Source: Longimicrobiales bacterium (GTDB taxonomy: Bacteria > Gemmatimonadota > Gemmatimonadetes > Longimicrobiales > Gaopeijiaceae). Taken from it: a stretch of 64,000 nt of DNA. The translations under genes and the position numbers were made by a program. Location: the NCBI GenBank assembly GCA_965238005.1, contig OZ250165.1, positions 1,024,001-1,088,000 on the forward strand. Reading direction: 5' to 3'. Below are positions 38,130 to 49,246 of this stretch, one piece after another. The notes below the pieces were generated by a model that was given only the letters and a program-made list of their open reading frames with translations, ran no database searches and had not been told where the DNA came from. Each line of letters starts with the position of its first letter. The stretch's first letter is position 1.

Positions 38130-38719
38130 GACAACCGCGTACCGCCCCGTGCTCGTTGTTAGAAAGCTCGCCGAGTGAGCTCCTCGTAGAGGTGTACGAT
38201 TGCGGTGGGAAGTGTGGGACGCCCGGATCGCCGACGACACCCTCCTGGTCGGGACGGAGTTTCGGAATAACGGTCCAGGAGGACCGGTCATCGCCCCCTT
38301 GGCCGGGGTCACGGCCATCGGAGAATCGGTAATCAGCCCCGTCAAGACAATTCCATTCGTTGTGGGCATCGCAGCGTTGGCGATCGTGTTATTAGCTCCT
38401 CTTCTATGACTTCGGCCTCTGAAGCGTGCTGAGATCGACAGGCTGAGGGTCACTTCCCCCGCTGACGAGGGTCTGGGCCGCGAGCGGATTCGCCAGTAAC
38501 GAGAAAAGGATGGCTGATGCCAGCAAAGCTCTCCGTACCGGATCTAGAGCCCAGATGTGCGCCATCGATCGACGACTCTCGGAAGTAACGACGGATTCGG
38601 TCCATAGGGTCGTGAGCGCTGCGATCTGTTGTTCGGTGGGATCCAGATCGATTTGTCGCCGAAGCAAGGTCCTCGAGCCGCAGTAGCCCGCGACGGGAGT
38701 TCCCAGAGCGACTGCTAGG

Positions 38720-39376
38720 TTCAACGCGCCGAAAGCTACGGCTCAATTGCGCCACGCCTCGGTCACCATCACCCTGACGTCTGTTGACAACGTTCGGATT
38801 CTCGGAGCGCCCATTGTCAAAAAAGCGGAGCACGTCCTCGAGCGTCGCGAGCATGCCGTTGTGCATGTACGGGGCGGTCAGGGCCACGTTGCGTAGCGAC
38901 GGAGTTCGGAACCGGAACCGTCGGGCACCCTCGTCGGGCTCGAAGAGCTGCGGATTCTCGCGGACTCCCTCCGCGTGCAGATTGAAGTTCGAGAACATTC
39001 GGCCCCGGTGGCATCGGTCGCAGCCGGCATCGTCGAACTCCTGCAGCCCGCGCTGCTGTTGTGGGGTCAGCGCCGTGCTGTCACCCGCCCGGAACCGGTC
39101 GAGGGGGCTGTTCATGGCGACGAGGCTCCGCTGGAATGCGGCGATGGCCCCGGCGAGCTGCTCCGCACTGATCGGGGTCTCCGGCCCGAAGGCCTCCTCG
39201 AACGCCTTGATCGGCTCGAGAGACTGTGCTTCGAGGCTTCGCGTCCGATTGTCCCAGAACATGGGTGCTCTCGCCTGATTGACCGACGTGGTTGTGCCGT
39301 TGGATCCCCTTGTCCGGCGTCGTCGGTCGAGCCCGTTGAACACCGTGTTGAGTACCGTGGGTGAGTTGCGCTTCAC
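38720..39376 (-). pseudogene. Di-heme cytochrome c peroxidase/MauG family fragment
   Basis: RNSPT, MFWDNR, CDRCH, FRTPSLRNVALTAPYMHNG; first heme domain missing. Confidence 0.8.
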
Positions 39377-39487
39377 GACCGATACGCGGGTCCGGCTCGC
39401 GTGAACGATCCGGACCTTGCACCTGCCCGGCTACCGCGATCACTTTGGCGAAACAGCTCTTTTCCCACGTTTCCCGGGGGTGCCGCT

Positions 39488-41653
39488 ATGATCGCCCGTA
39501 ACCATCACCTTGCCCGCACCGCGGGAGCAGTGCTCGCCACAGGCCTCGTCGTCCTCGCCTTCACGGCTGATTCACTCCACGCCCAGGGCGTGGACGCCCC
39601 GGACACCGGGATCAGACGCCTCGACTTGGGCCAGTACCTGCAAATCGAGGGGGTGAGCGACCCCCGGATGTCGCCCAACGGCCAGCAGATCGTCTATATC
39701 CGGCAGTGGGTCGATCCCGTGACCGACAGCCGAAAGTCGAGTCTCTGGATCATGAACGGCGACGGGAGCCAGAACCGGTCGCTGACCCAGGGCGGCTCGC
39801 CGCGCTGGTCTCGATCGGGAGATCGCCTCGCGTTCCTGGCGTGTGGCACTCCGGGCGGCGACCCCGGCGCGCTGGTCGACTGCGAAGGGGCCTCCCGCCA
39901 GCAGATCTACGTCCGCATCATGACCGGACCGGGTACCGGTGCCGTCACCCAGATCACCCGGCTCACCGAGAGCGCCAGCAACATCGCCTGGATGCCTGAC
40001 GGATCGACAATCGCCTTCAACCAGTTCGTCCCGAAGGAAAACGCGTGGACCGTACAGCTGCCCGGCAAGCCCCCGGGAGCCCAGTGGACCGCGGAGCCTC
40101 GCATCGTCGATCAACTTGACTACCGCCAGGACAGGCAGGGCCTCAGCCGCAGCGGATCCCGGCACATCTTCACCGTGCCGTCAGACGGTGGCACGCCCCG
40201 CCAGATCACGCATGGCGATTTCGATCACGGCTCGCCCGACTGGGGTCCCGACGGCAGGACCATCTATTTCGACGGGTTCCGTCGCGGCGATCCGAGCGCC
40301 ACGCACTACGCTGGCAGCTACGTGGGCCGCGCCTCCAAGATCTATTCCGTCGACGTCGCGTCCCGTGAGATCCGCGAGCTGAACGGCGGCCATCTCGGTG
40401 TGGACGCTTCCCCGCGCATCTCTCCCGACGGCCGGACCATCGCCTACCTGGCCTCGGACTCCACGGATCACATGTACGTGCAGCGTCGCTTGCACATGAT
40501 GGACGCCAACGGTTCGAACCCGCGGCTCGTGGGAGGCGACTTCGACCGAAGGATCCTGAATAGCCAATGGGCGCCGGACGGCAGCGGCGTGTATTTCACG
40601 GCTGATAACCACGGCGAGCGGAATTTGCATTTCGCGTCGGCGCGCGGAGACGTTCGCAAGGTCACGGACGGTAAGCACAACCTGAACATCTCCGATATCA
40701 ACCCAAACGGCACGGCGGTGGGGACGCTGTCCGATCCGCATCTGCCCGGCGATGTGGTGCTCCTGTCGCTCAACAACCCCGACCTGCGACGGCTGACGCA
40801 CGTGAACGACGACGTCTTGGCCGATGTGACGCTGGGAGAGGTGGAGGATTTTTGGTACGAATCGGTGGACGGCTGGCAGGTGCAGGGGTTCATCGTGAAG
40901 CCCCCCGGGTTCGATCCGAGCCAGAAGTATCCGCTCGTGCTGAGCATCCACGGCGGACCCCACTCCATGTCCACGTTCGGGTTCAACTTCTCGTTCCAGA
41001 ACTTCGCAGCGAACGACTATGTCGTGCTGTACACGAATCCCCGGGGATCCACGGGATACGGCGAAGAGTTCGGCAACGGCATCGATAACGCCTGGCCCGG
41101 CAAGGATCACGACGATCTGATGCACGGTGTGGACGAGATACTGCGCCGAGGATACGTGGACGAGGACAATCTCTTCATCATGGGGTGCAGCGGCGGGGGG
41201 ACCCTCACGGCGTGGGCTGTCACCCAGACGACTCGGTTCGCCGCCGCGTCGGCCCGGTGTCCCATCACCAACTGGATCTCGTTCGTCGGCACAACGGACG
41301 GCACGTCGTGGTATCAGACGTTCCGGCAGTATCCGTGGTACGATGCCGAGGAGCATCTAAGCCGGTCGCCGCTCATGTTCGTGGAGAACGCGACGACCCC
41401 GACGCTCATCATGGTGGGCGAGTACGACCTCCGCACGCCCGTGCCACAGAGCGAGGAGTTCTACCAGGCGCTCAAGATCGAGGGAGTGCCGACCAAGATG
41501 ATTTACATGCAGAACGAGTGGCACGGTACGTCGCGGATCCCCTCCAACTTCCTACGCACCGAGCTCTATCAGTTGGACTGGTTCGGGCAGTATATGACCA
41601 CGGACATGAAGGAGCGGCGGATCGTTACCGACGAGGGGACGGGGACGCGCTAG
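39488..41653 (+). CDS. S9 family peptidase (acylaminoacyl/dipeptidyl peptidase)
   Basis: Beta-propeller, IHGGPH, NPRGSTGYG, GCSGGG nucleophile, D.R, H. Confidence 0.92.
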   Translation: MIARNHHLARTAGAVLATGLVVLAFTADSLHAQGVDAPDTGIRRLDLGQYLQIEGVSDPRMSPNGQQIVYIRQWVDPVTDSRKSSLWIMNGDGSQNRSLTQGGSPRWSRSGDRLAFLACGTPGGDPGALVDCEGASRQQIYVRIMTGPGTGAVTQITRLTESASNIAWMPDGSTIAFNQFVPKENAWTVQLPGKPPGAQWTAEPRIVDQLDYRQDRQGLSRSGSRHIFTVPSDGGTPRQITHGDFDHGSPDWGPDGRTIYFDGFRRGDPSATHYAGSYVGRASKIYSVDVASREIRELNGGHLGVDASPRISPDGRTIAYLASDSTDHMYVQRRLHMMDANGSNPRLVGGDFDRRILNSQWAPDGSGVYFTADNHGERNLHFASARGDVRKVTDGKHNLNISDINPNGTAVGTLSDPHLPGDVVLLSLNNPDLRRLTHVNDDVLADVTLGEVEDFWYESVDGWQVQGFIVKPPGFDPSQKYPLVLSIHGGPHSMSTFGFNFSFQNFAANDYVVLYTNPRGSTGYGEEFGNGIDNAWPGKDHDDLMHGVDEILRRGYVDEDNLFIMGCSGGGTLTAWAVTQTTRFAAASARCPITNWISFVGTTDGTSWYQTFRQYPWYDAEEHLSRSPLMFVENATTPTLIMVGEYDLRTPVPQSEEFYQALKIEGVPTKMIYMQNEWHGTSRIPSNFLRTELYQLDWFGQYMTTDMKERRIVTDEGTGTR

Positions 41654-43255
41654 GAGTCTGCGCCGCAGAACCCTGCGGCGGCTATCTTTGGTGGTAGCGA
41701 AGGCATTGGGAAGGCTTGCGGATCACCGAGGGGGGTGAATGGGAACGACATTTCGACCGTACGATCCGGAGCAGATGTTGTTGCTGCCTCCGGATCTTCG
41801 GGAGTGGGTGTCGGAGGGTCATTTGGCGCACCATGTGAGCGACCTGGTGGACGCGGTGGAGCTGAGCGCGTTCTACGGGCGGTACCGGGGGGACGGGCGG
41901 CGCAACTCGCCGTACGACCCTCGGATGATGGTCAAGGTGCTGATCTACGCGTATGCGACGGGCACCTTCTCGTCGCGGAAGATGGCGAGGAAGCTGGAGG
42001 AGGATGTCGCGTTTCGGATGCTGGCGGCGGAGAACTTCCCGAAGCACCGGACGCTGTGCGAGTTCCGCAAGCGCCATCTCGGGGATTTCCGGGCGGTGTT
42101 TGTGGAGGTGGTGATGCTCGCGCGGGCCTTGGGGCTGGCGGGGCTTGGCAGGGTGTCGGTGGACGGGACGAAGGTTCGGGCGAACGCGAACAAGCGCAAG
42201 GCGATGAGCTACGGCCGGATGGTGACCGGGGAGCCTCGGCTGGAGGCGGAGATCCGGGGGCTGTTGGAGAGGGCCGAGGCGGTGGACGAAGCGGAAGACG
42301 AGCGCTACGGCGAGGAAGCATGCGGAGACGAGGTGCCGGAGGAGCTCAAGCGGCGCGAGGACCGGCTGGCGGCGATCCGGGAGGCGAAGGCGCGCCTGGA
42401 AGCCGAGCAGAGAGCGGCGGACGACGCACGGGGCCGCAAGCCGGGGCAGACGCGCAACCCGAAGGGCGGCAGGCCCTACAAGCGGGAGTACGGAGAGCCG
42501 GACGAGGCGGCGCAGAGCAACTTCACGGACCCTGAGAGCCGGATCATGAAGACGAGTTCGGAGGGGTTCCAGCAGTGCTACAACGCACAGACGGTCGTGG
42601 AGGGGGAGAACCAGCTGGTGGTCGGGGCCGAGGTGACGGACAACGCGAGCGACCAGGGCCAGCTGGTGCCCATGGTCGACGCGGTGGCGCAAGCGTACGG
42701 CGAGACGCCGGCGCAGGTGCTGGCGGACACGGGCTATTGCAACGAGCGGGATCTCGAGGAACTGGAAGAGCGAGACATCGACGGGTATGTGGCGCTGGCC
42801 CGGGAGGGCAAGGCCGCCCCCACGGTTGACAAGGAGGAATATCCGGCGAAAGTCCGCATGGCGGAGAAGCTGGCGAGCGAAGATGGCCGCAGACGCTACG
42901 CACGGCGAAAGTCGCAGGCCGAGGCGCCCATCGGCTGGATCAAGGAAGTGATGGGCTTTCGACGATTCAGCTTCCGGGGCCTCGAGAAGGTCCGGGCCGA
43001 GTGGACCCTCGTGTGCCTGGCACTCAATGTGAAGCGGCTGCACACCCTTCAGGCGGCATGACTGCACGAGGGTTCACCCGCATCTGCCGGCGCGAGGGCT
43101 CTCGTAGCTCTCTTGCCCCCCCCAACGCATCCATTCCGCTCTCCCGATCCGTCGCAGACACAAGTCCTCAACCTCCCAATCACCCGGATCCGCCTCGCCG
43201 CGGACGGCTCGATGACCATTCGGCTCAGTCAGCTGTGCTTCTGCGGCGCAGACTC
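41654..43255 (+). mobile_element. IS1182-family element, copy 1
   Basis: 17-bp perfect IR GAGTCTGCGCCGCAGAA; CTAG on both sides. Confidence 0.92.
41739..43061 (+). CDS. IS1182-family transposase
   Basis: YDPRMMVKVLIYAY, VDGTKVRANA, TDPESRIMK, LADTGY. Confidence 0.93.
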   Translation: MGTTFRPYDPEQMLLLPPDLREWVSEGHLAHHVSDLVDAVELSAFYGRYRGDGRRNSPYDPRMMVKVLIYAYATGTFSSRKMARKLEEDVAFRMLAAENFPKHRTLCEFRKRHLGDFRAVFVEVVMLARALGLAGLGRVSVDGTKVRANANKRKAMSYGRMVTGEPRLEAEIRGLLERAEAVDEAEDERYGEEACGDEVPEELKRREDRLAAIREAKARLEAEQRAADDARGRKPGQTRNPKGGRPYKREYGEPDEAAQSNFTDPESRIMKTSSEGFQQCYNAQTVVEGENQLVVGAEVTDNASDQGQLVPMVDAVAQAYGETPAQVLADTGYCNERDLEELEERDIDGYVALAREGKAAPTVDKEEYPAKVRMAEKLASEDGRRRYARRKSQAEAPIGWIKEVMGFRRFSFRGLEKVRAEWTLVCLALNVKRLHTLQAA

Positions 43256-43619
43256 CTAGGGAGGAGTGGCGACTGAACGGCCGCGACTCGGCGAGTCGCG
43301 GCCGCTCCTCTGCACCGTAGCGGTTCGTCGTAGCCCGTTACGTGTCGGCCATTTGAAGGCCGTGTTACCATCCTTCGTGAGAGCAGTAAGGCGCGACCTG
43401 ATCGAGCCAGCCCACTCCCAATAAGAGGCCGCTCGGACCGCTGGCCTTCCAGGTTCGCCCTGGTCGACTCACATCCCAACCACCCGACGCCGAGCTGCCG
43501 AGGAAATCCATGGCCGGCATGCCGATCGGGGCAGCCTCGACGAGAATTCCACCATACAACCATCGATTGCTGCAGTACGTATACTCACGACGTAAAGATA
43601 CGTATACCCCTCCCGCGAG

Positions 43620-44492
43620 CTACGTGATGGCGATGGGGTTGACCGGGCTTCCTGCGCCCCCAGTCAGTTGTAGTGGCGCGACGATCAGCAGAGACTGGTA
43701 GGCTCTGTCGTTGGCCAATCCCTCCAGGTCCAGGTTCTCCATCAGATAGAGGCCGAGATCGCGGATACCGACTCGGTGGACCGGCAGGTCCTCAGGCGGG
43801 ACCTCGCTGAGGACCTCGACGGCGTAGTTGTCCGAACCCACCGCGAGCACGTCATGCTCTTTGAGCCACGGTAGCACGGAGTCGTCGATCCCCGGTTCAC
43901 CGCTGTCGAAAAGGGCTCGATCCTTAGCCATCACTCTCAACCAACCGGTTCGGATCAGGAGCATGTCCCCTGAGCGGATCTCGACCCGCTGTGAAGTAGC
44001 GCACTCATCGAGGTCCTCGGCGGTGACGGCCTCTCCCGCGGCCAGGTGTTCCACCTCCTTCCACCGCGCGACATCGAGCAGTAGGCCGCGACCAATCAGG
44101 AAGGGGACGTTGTCGATCGCGTTGCGCGTTACGCCTACCTCCGTCACGTGCTCTGTCGCGTCGAAGCCGTTGTAGAGTCTGTCGCCGTACCAGATGTGGC
44201 ATAGAGCGTCGATATGCGTACCGGAATGGGAGTGCATCTCCAGCCTGTCCCCGGAACTGCGTCGGCCCTCATGCTTCTCGGATATCACAGTCGTCCGTGA
44301 GATCTTCTCACGCGGCGGCCACTGGGCTCCGTCCCTCTCAAGGGGGACGGACAGGCTATAGGTCTTTCCGGTCCGGACGAGTCTCGCGGCGGCCTTGATC
44401 GACTCTGATGAGATCAGGTTGAAGGTGCCCTGCTGGTCGCTGGCGCCCCATCGACCCCAATTCGAGACGTCGCTGGCCTGCTTATGACTCAT
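43620..44492 (-). CDS. Cyclase family (kynurenine formamidase-like) metal hydrolase
   Basis: NWGRWG..DQ.GT.N, HSGTHIDALCH, RTGW, GSPVNPIA. Confidence 0.88.
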   Translation of the reverse strand: MSHKQASDVSNWGRWGASDQQGTFNLISSESIKAAARLVRTGKTYSLSVPLERDGAQWPPREKISRTTVISEKHEGRRSSGDRLEMHSHSGTHIDALCHIWYGDRLYNGFDATEHVTEVGVTRNAIDNVPFLIGRGLLLDVARWKEVEHLAAGEAVTAEDLDECATSQRVEIRSGDMLLIRTGWLRVMAKDRALFDSGEPGIDDSVLPWLKEHDVLAVGSDNYAVEVLSEVPPEDLPVHRVGIRDLGLYLMENLDLEGLANDRAYQSLLIVAPLQLTGGAGSPVNPIAIT

Positions 44493-44663
44493 ACCTCGCT
44501 GCCTTTTCGAAAGAGGAAAGAACCGCCGACCCCTGCCCGGGGACCAGGGACGCTGGGGGGTTGGTGGCCAGCGCATGTGACATGCTGTGGGAACGGAGAG
44601 TGGTGTGACAAGGGTTTGCGGCTGTCCGCGTAAATTGCGTGGGTCCGGAAGCGCTCGGGGGCG

Positions 44664-45253
44664 CTAAACTGCTTTGTACGGCGGCGCGACGAAGTCCGCG
44701 ACGGGGTTCCGGTCGACCAGATAGTTACCGTCGATTTTGGTGCCGGAGGCCCAGGTGAGCAGGCGCTTTATGAACGCGATTTCCTTCTGCAGGCGGCTAC
44801 CGCTCACGGACTTCTTGAGGTTGCGCCCGGGAGGGTTGATTACGCCACGCTACGCTGGCGGTCGCGAAGGTATCCCTTTAGGTCGCTACGATCGATCTGC
44901 CCGATGGGTTTGCGGGGGCCGAGGTGGGTGATCCACAGATCCCGCCAGGCCTCCATCTCTTTGTATCTCTGCAGGGAGAAGTCCTGGCCCTCGTGGAAGA
45001 GGAAGAGGCGGATAGCCGCTCCGAGTGACGTGGCGCCCGAGCGCACCTCCTCTGCGTCCGCCAGGCGCCGCGAGGCCGCGACTCTGGCCTCATGCTTCGC
45101 CCGCTCCTTATCTCGGTGTCGTAGGCTCGTCTTCCGCCAGTTCCTGCGTTGGCCGTCCCACCGGAACAAATAGAGATTGCTGCCAGGGTAGCGCTCTCTT
45201 ACCTGGACCCGGTACCCGTATTCACCAACCGCATACGACCAGAGCTTGGGCAT
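44664..45253 (-). pseudogene. Tyrosine integrase N-terminal/core-binding fragment
   Basis: Removing the 5-bp duplication at 44847-44856 restores ...QKEIAFIKRLLTWA...DRNPV; catalytic domain absent. Confidence 0.6.
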
Positions 45254-45277
45254 CCTGTCTCTCCGTTGAGCGCCCCC

Positions 45278-45607
45278 TTAGGATGCTTCGCTTACGCGTC
45301 CGAGGTCAAGCCGCCCCATGTTCGGTTTCAGTGGAATGTCACCTCGGCGCACAAGGGGCCTGCCTGCGTTGCCGAAGTTTTCGATGACGCCCTTCCGCAG
45401 GAGCCCGTATATGCCGTGATAGGTGTACCCAGACTCGCCGCATGCGGCCGAGATGGTGAGCAGCTCTGAGTCGTGGCCGGCTATGGCGGCCTCGACGAGT
45501 TCTGCAGCTTTCCGAAATGCTGCGGCTGCGGCGGGGTTGCTCAACCGCTCGTTCTCGTGGGCACGCGCCAAGAACTCCTGTGTGAGCCTGCCGATCCCTA
45601 TCTTCAC
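45278..45607 (-). CDS. Excisionase-like HTH protein
   Basis: LLTISAACGESGYTYHGIYGLLRKG..GRPLVRRGDIP directly upstream of integrase; start uncertain. Confidence 0.5.
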   Translation of the reverse strand: MKIGIGRLTQEFLARAHENERLSNPAAAAAFRKAAELVEAAIAGHDSELLTISAACGESGYTYHGIYGLLRKGVIENFGNAGRPLVRRGDIPLKPNMGRLDLGRVSEAS

Positions 45608-46373
45608 ACTGCCACCGCTTCTCTTCTTCTGATGTTTCACTGAGCACTGACAGGTCGATAACCTGGTCGGCGCTGTCCCTGACACGTCCACTAGGCCACC
45701 CGCTCCCTCCCCTCCGCCCTTCCGGGACGGCCCCCTTCGCGCCACTGCCTCGCGGCCTCCGTGAAGGCCCGCAGGAGGGCCACCACGGCCGCCCTGAGTG
45801 CCTGGAGGGCCTCGAACGACCCCGTGTCCTCCCAGCGAGTCAGTGCGGCTCGAAAGGGCCTAGTGGGCTCTTCAACGAGCGTCTTGCAGCGTGGCCAACG
45901 GCCGACGGCAGGCTGAGGCGCGATCTGGCGGATTCGCCGCGCCACCCGGCGCGAAAACACCACGGCAAGCGCGTGACGTTCAGATGTCTGGACGTCCACG
46001 GCAACGTCCTCAAAGGCGTCGCAATCGAGAGGCTCGATCCATAGGGTTGCTCCGGGTCTCAACAGATGGTCTCCATCAAGGGCGCCTTCCTTTTCCCGAT
46101 TTGGGGAAACGAAGAGAACGCTCGCTGTTGGTTCTTGAAAATGGATGTTGGTTATTGGTTGTTGTTTGTGCGCAGCCCCCGCACACCCGTCGGCACCTCT
46201 GGCAAACCCCTCGGCATCTCCCACACACCCCGCCCGGAATCTGTTAGGAGGTACCTCCGCAAGTCCTTGCGGGTGACTCAGGAGGCCCGACGGTTTGCGC
46301 TGAAACAAACCAGTCCATCGGGAGCGGTCGACCCTAAAACGGGTCTGACGGGTCCGTGGGGAAGTCCGCAGGA

Positions 46374-46572
46374 TCACCGTAAGGGTGCCTCCCATCCAGG
46401 CCCGGGTCTGACCAACTCGTCATCAGCACGGACGACCAGATACCGGTTCGACGTTCCCGTTTCCTTTCCACTGTACTTGTGAACCCAGCCTATGCTATCG
46501 AGAAGTCTCAGCCTGCTATGGACCGTTCTGGGGCTGCATCCGGCGCGGTGTGCGATGGTGCGCACGGAGGGA
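46374..46572 (-). pseudogene. wHTH replication-protein-like fragment cut by IS21
   Basis: PSVRTIAHRAGCSPRTVHSRLRLL..IGWV...TSNRY. Confidence 0.45.
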
Positions 46573-46731
46573 TGTTAGCGGCCTTCCAATATTGCACACA
46601 TGTGGCCATCCAAAATTGCACACTTGGCGCTTTGACCTAGCGGGCGGGAGAGTGGGGATGTAGGCACCACCCCGAGCGATCTTCCGGCCGATCCACTCAC
46701 TTGGCGCCTCCACCGCGAACGTGGAGGTGCA

Positions 46732-47760
46732 ATGATCGGAAGGGAGAAGCGCGTGCTGCTCCGTCATTACCTCGAGCAGGGGATGAACAAGGCGGTGATC
46801 GCCCGGGATCTGGGGGTCAGTCGCCGTACCGTGTACCACTGGATAGAGACCGGTCAACTGGACCGGGAGTTGGACGAAGAGCGTGTCGGGTACGGTCCGA
46901 GATGTCTGATGCCGTCGAAGCTGGATCCGTACAAGCCGTTGATCGACACGCGTCTCAAGGAGTACCCGAAGCTCACGGCTGTACGGCTCTTCAAGGAGGT
47001 CCGGGCCGCTGGCTACCCGGGCAGTTACAACCAAGTGAAGCGCTATGTACGCAAGGTCCGGCCTCGACCCCCAGAGGAGCCGGTCGTGCGCTTCGAGACG
47101 GCGCCTGGGCGTCAGGGCCAGGTGGACTTCGCCCACTTCCGGCTACCGTGGGGCAAGCGTTACGCACTAATCGTCGTGCTGGGCTACTCGAGGCTGCTGT
47201 GGGTTCAGTTCTACACCCGGCAGACCATGAAGGCCCTGATGCATGGCCTGGAGTCTTCGTTTTCCTACTTCGGCGGCGTGCCCTCAGAGCTTCTGTTCGA
47301 CCAAATGAAGGCGGTCGTCATCGAGGACGGTCGATACGACGATGGTGCCCTCGTCGAGAACCCGGAGTTCATGCGCTACGCCTACCACTGGAACTTCAGG
47401 ATCCGAGCGTGCCGACCCTATCGGGCTCAGACCAAGGGCAAGGTGGAGCGGCCGATCCGCTACCTCAGGGAGAGCTTCTTCTACGGGCGCACCTTCACGT
47501 CGGACGACGATCTCAACGCGCAGGCCCTTCATTGGCTTGAGACGGAAGCCAATGTGCGCAGCCACGGAACGCTGAAGGAGCGGCCCCTCGATCGCTTCGA
47601 GCGTGAACGACTGCTCCTCGAGCCCTTGGCGACTCGCCCGTATCACCCCCTCGTCCTGCCTCCGGATCGCTCCTCACCCGGCACGACGTCCTTGCCGGCC
47701 ATCCACGTCGAGCGACGTCCCCTCACGGCCTATGCCCAGATCGCGGGAGGGGACCGATGA
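46732..47760 (+). CDS. istA: IS21 transposase
   Basis: RFETAPGRQGQVDF, FDQMK, QTKGKVER. Confidence 0.93.
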   Translation: MIGREKRVLLRHYLEQGMNKAVIARDLGVSRRTVYHWIETGQLDRELDEERVGYGPRCLMPSKLDPYKPLIDTRLKEYPKLTAVRLFKEVRAAGYPGSYNQVKRYVRKVRPRPPEEPVVRFETAPGRQGQVDFAHFRLPWGKRYALIVVLGYSRLLWVQFYTRQTMKALMHGLESSFSYFGGVPSELLFDQMKAVVIEDGRYDDGALVENPEFMRYAYHWNFRIRACRPYRAQTKGKVERPIRYLRESFFYGRTFTSDDDLNAQALHWLETEANVRSHGTLKERPLDRFERERLLLEPLATRPYHPLVLPPDRSSPGTTSLPAIHVERRPLTAYAQIAGGDR

Positions 47761-48599
47761 AGGCTGCCGCTCGCTCTCGCCGTGACCGGATCCGAGCCCA
47801 GCTCGCCGACCTCAAGATGCCCGGTGCGCTGGAGGCCATCGACGACGTCCTCACCGGGGTCGATGGCGGAGGCGTGACGGCCTCGGAGGCCATCGAGCAA
47901 CTCCTCGGTGCCCAGATCACGCTGCGCAACAACCGCCGCCTTCAGGCTGCGATGCGCTCGAGCCGGCTACCGGGCACCAAGACCCTCGACGACTTCGACT
48001 TCAGCTTCCAGCCCTCGATCAAGCGCGAGCAGATCGACTCGCTCCACGAGCTCGGCTTCTTGGAGCGTAAGGAGAACGTGATCTTCCTCGGCCCTCCGGG
48101 CGTCGGCAAGACGCATCTCGCGATCAGCCTCGCCATTGCCGCGGCTCAGAGCGGGCGCAGAGTCTACTACGGCGCTCTGGCCGACCTCATCACTTCTCTC
48201 GAAGAAGCCAAGACCACCGGCCAGCTGGGACGCCGCCTCAAGATCCTCACCTATCCTTCGCTCCTGGTCATCGACGAGATCGGCTACCTGCCGGTCAGCC
48301 AGACCGGCGCCATGCTCTTCTTCCAACTCATCAACCGGCGCTATGAGCGCGCATCCACTGTGCTGACCTCCAATAAAGGCTTCGAGGAGTGGGGCCAGAT
48401 CTTGGGCGACGAGGTCATGGCCGCTGCGCTCATCGATCGCCTGCTGCATCACTGCCACATCGTCAACATCCGCGGCAGCAGCTACCGGATGCGCAAGCAC
48501 ACCGACCTCTCCAAGATCCTCCACTCGCCTCCTGCGGAGTCGAGCCCTTCACCCCCGAAGAGAAAGAGAGCAAGAGCAAAGGAGAAAACGACGAACTAG
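47757..48599 (+). CDS. istB: IS21 helper ATPase
   Basis: GPPGVGKTHLA, IDEIGY, TSN, DRLLHH. Confidence 0.95.
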   Translation: MKAAARSRRDRIRAQLADLKMPGALEAIDDVLTGVDGGGVTASEAIEQLLGAQITLRNNRRLQAAMRSSRLPGTKTLDDFDFSFQPSIKREQIDSLHELGFLERKENVIFLGPPGVGKTHLAISLAIAAAQSGRRVYYGALADLITSLEEAKTTGQLGRRLKILTYPSLLVIDEIGYLPVSQTGAMLFFQLINRRYERASTVLTSNKGFEEWGQILGDEVMAAALIDRLLHHCHIVNIRGSSYRMRKHTDLSKILHSPPAESSPSPPKRKRARAKEKTTN

Positions 48600-49246
48600 A
48601 GGCTCGTCACCTCCGCCAAGTGTGCAATTTTCGATGGCCAGATGGTGCAGCTTTCGATGGCCGTTGACACTGGTGTCGGCCGCGGTTTGATGTGGGCGGG
48701 AGGCTCGACACCGTTCCCCCGAACTCACAGCGTCCCTCGAACTATCCATCGGAAACACACCGACTCGATCAGAGGGTAGACGTGCGCCACGCCGAGAGCA
48801 AGTTCGGATGCCGTCAATCACTTCCCAAGCGTCCTCTCAAGACCACTGCAAGCGAGCTCAACGGTGAAGGAGGACGATTCGGGGGTGGTGATCAGAGTGA
48901 TAATCGCTCTCGACGACCCGGTAATCGGATACCTGCGACCATGTCGAAGGCACTGCCACCCTCGTCTGCGGGGCCGCAGCCCAGCAGTGTTCCGGCGGTC
49001 GAGCCACCCTGAACCTACTGATTAAGAGTTCGACCGCAGCGTATACGCAAAGGGGTCGTGAGGTCGTCTAAGTTGCTGCGAGTTAGCGGGTTAGGGGGTC
49101 GATTGTTCTCTCGCGTGTTGCTGAGATTCGGCCAGTTTCGGGGAGTTTGGGGTCCCGCTTGGGGGGTCCCGCTTGGGGTACCAGCCGACGATCGGGTCGC
49201 GGTCCGAAGGCCGAGCGCGAGGACCTGCGAGGCTTGATCTTACAAC

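Larger units (their letters stand above)
46573..48669 (+). mobile_element. IS21-family insertion sequence
   Basis: TG...CA ends with repeated GGCCATC/AAATTGCACAC motifs; no target duplication visible. Confidence 0.88.

Noticed and set aside
41682..43067. Long antisense ORFs over IS1182, tex, mscS and the amidohydrolase
   Set aside because: Typical high-GC antisense shadows of real genes with no recognisable motifs.
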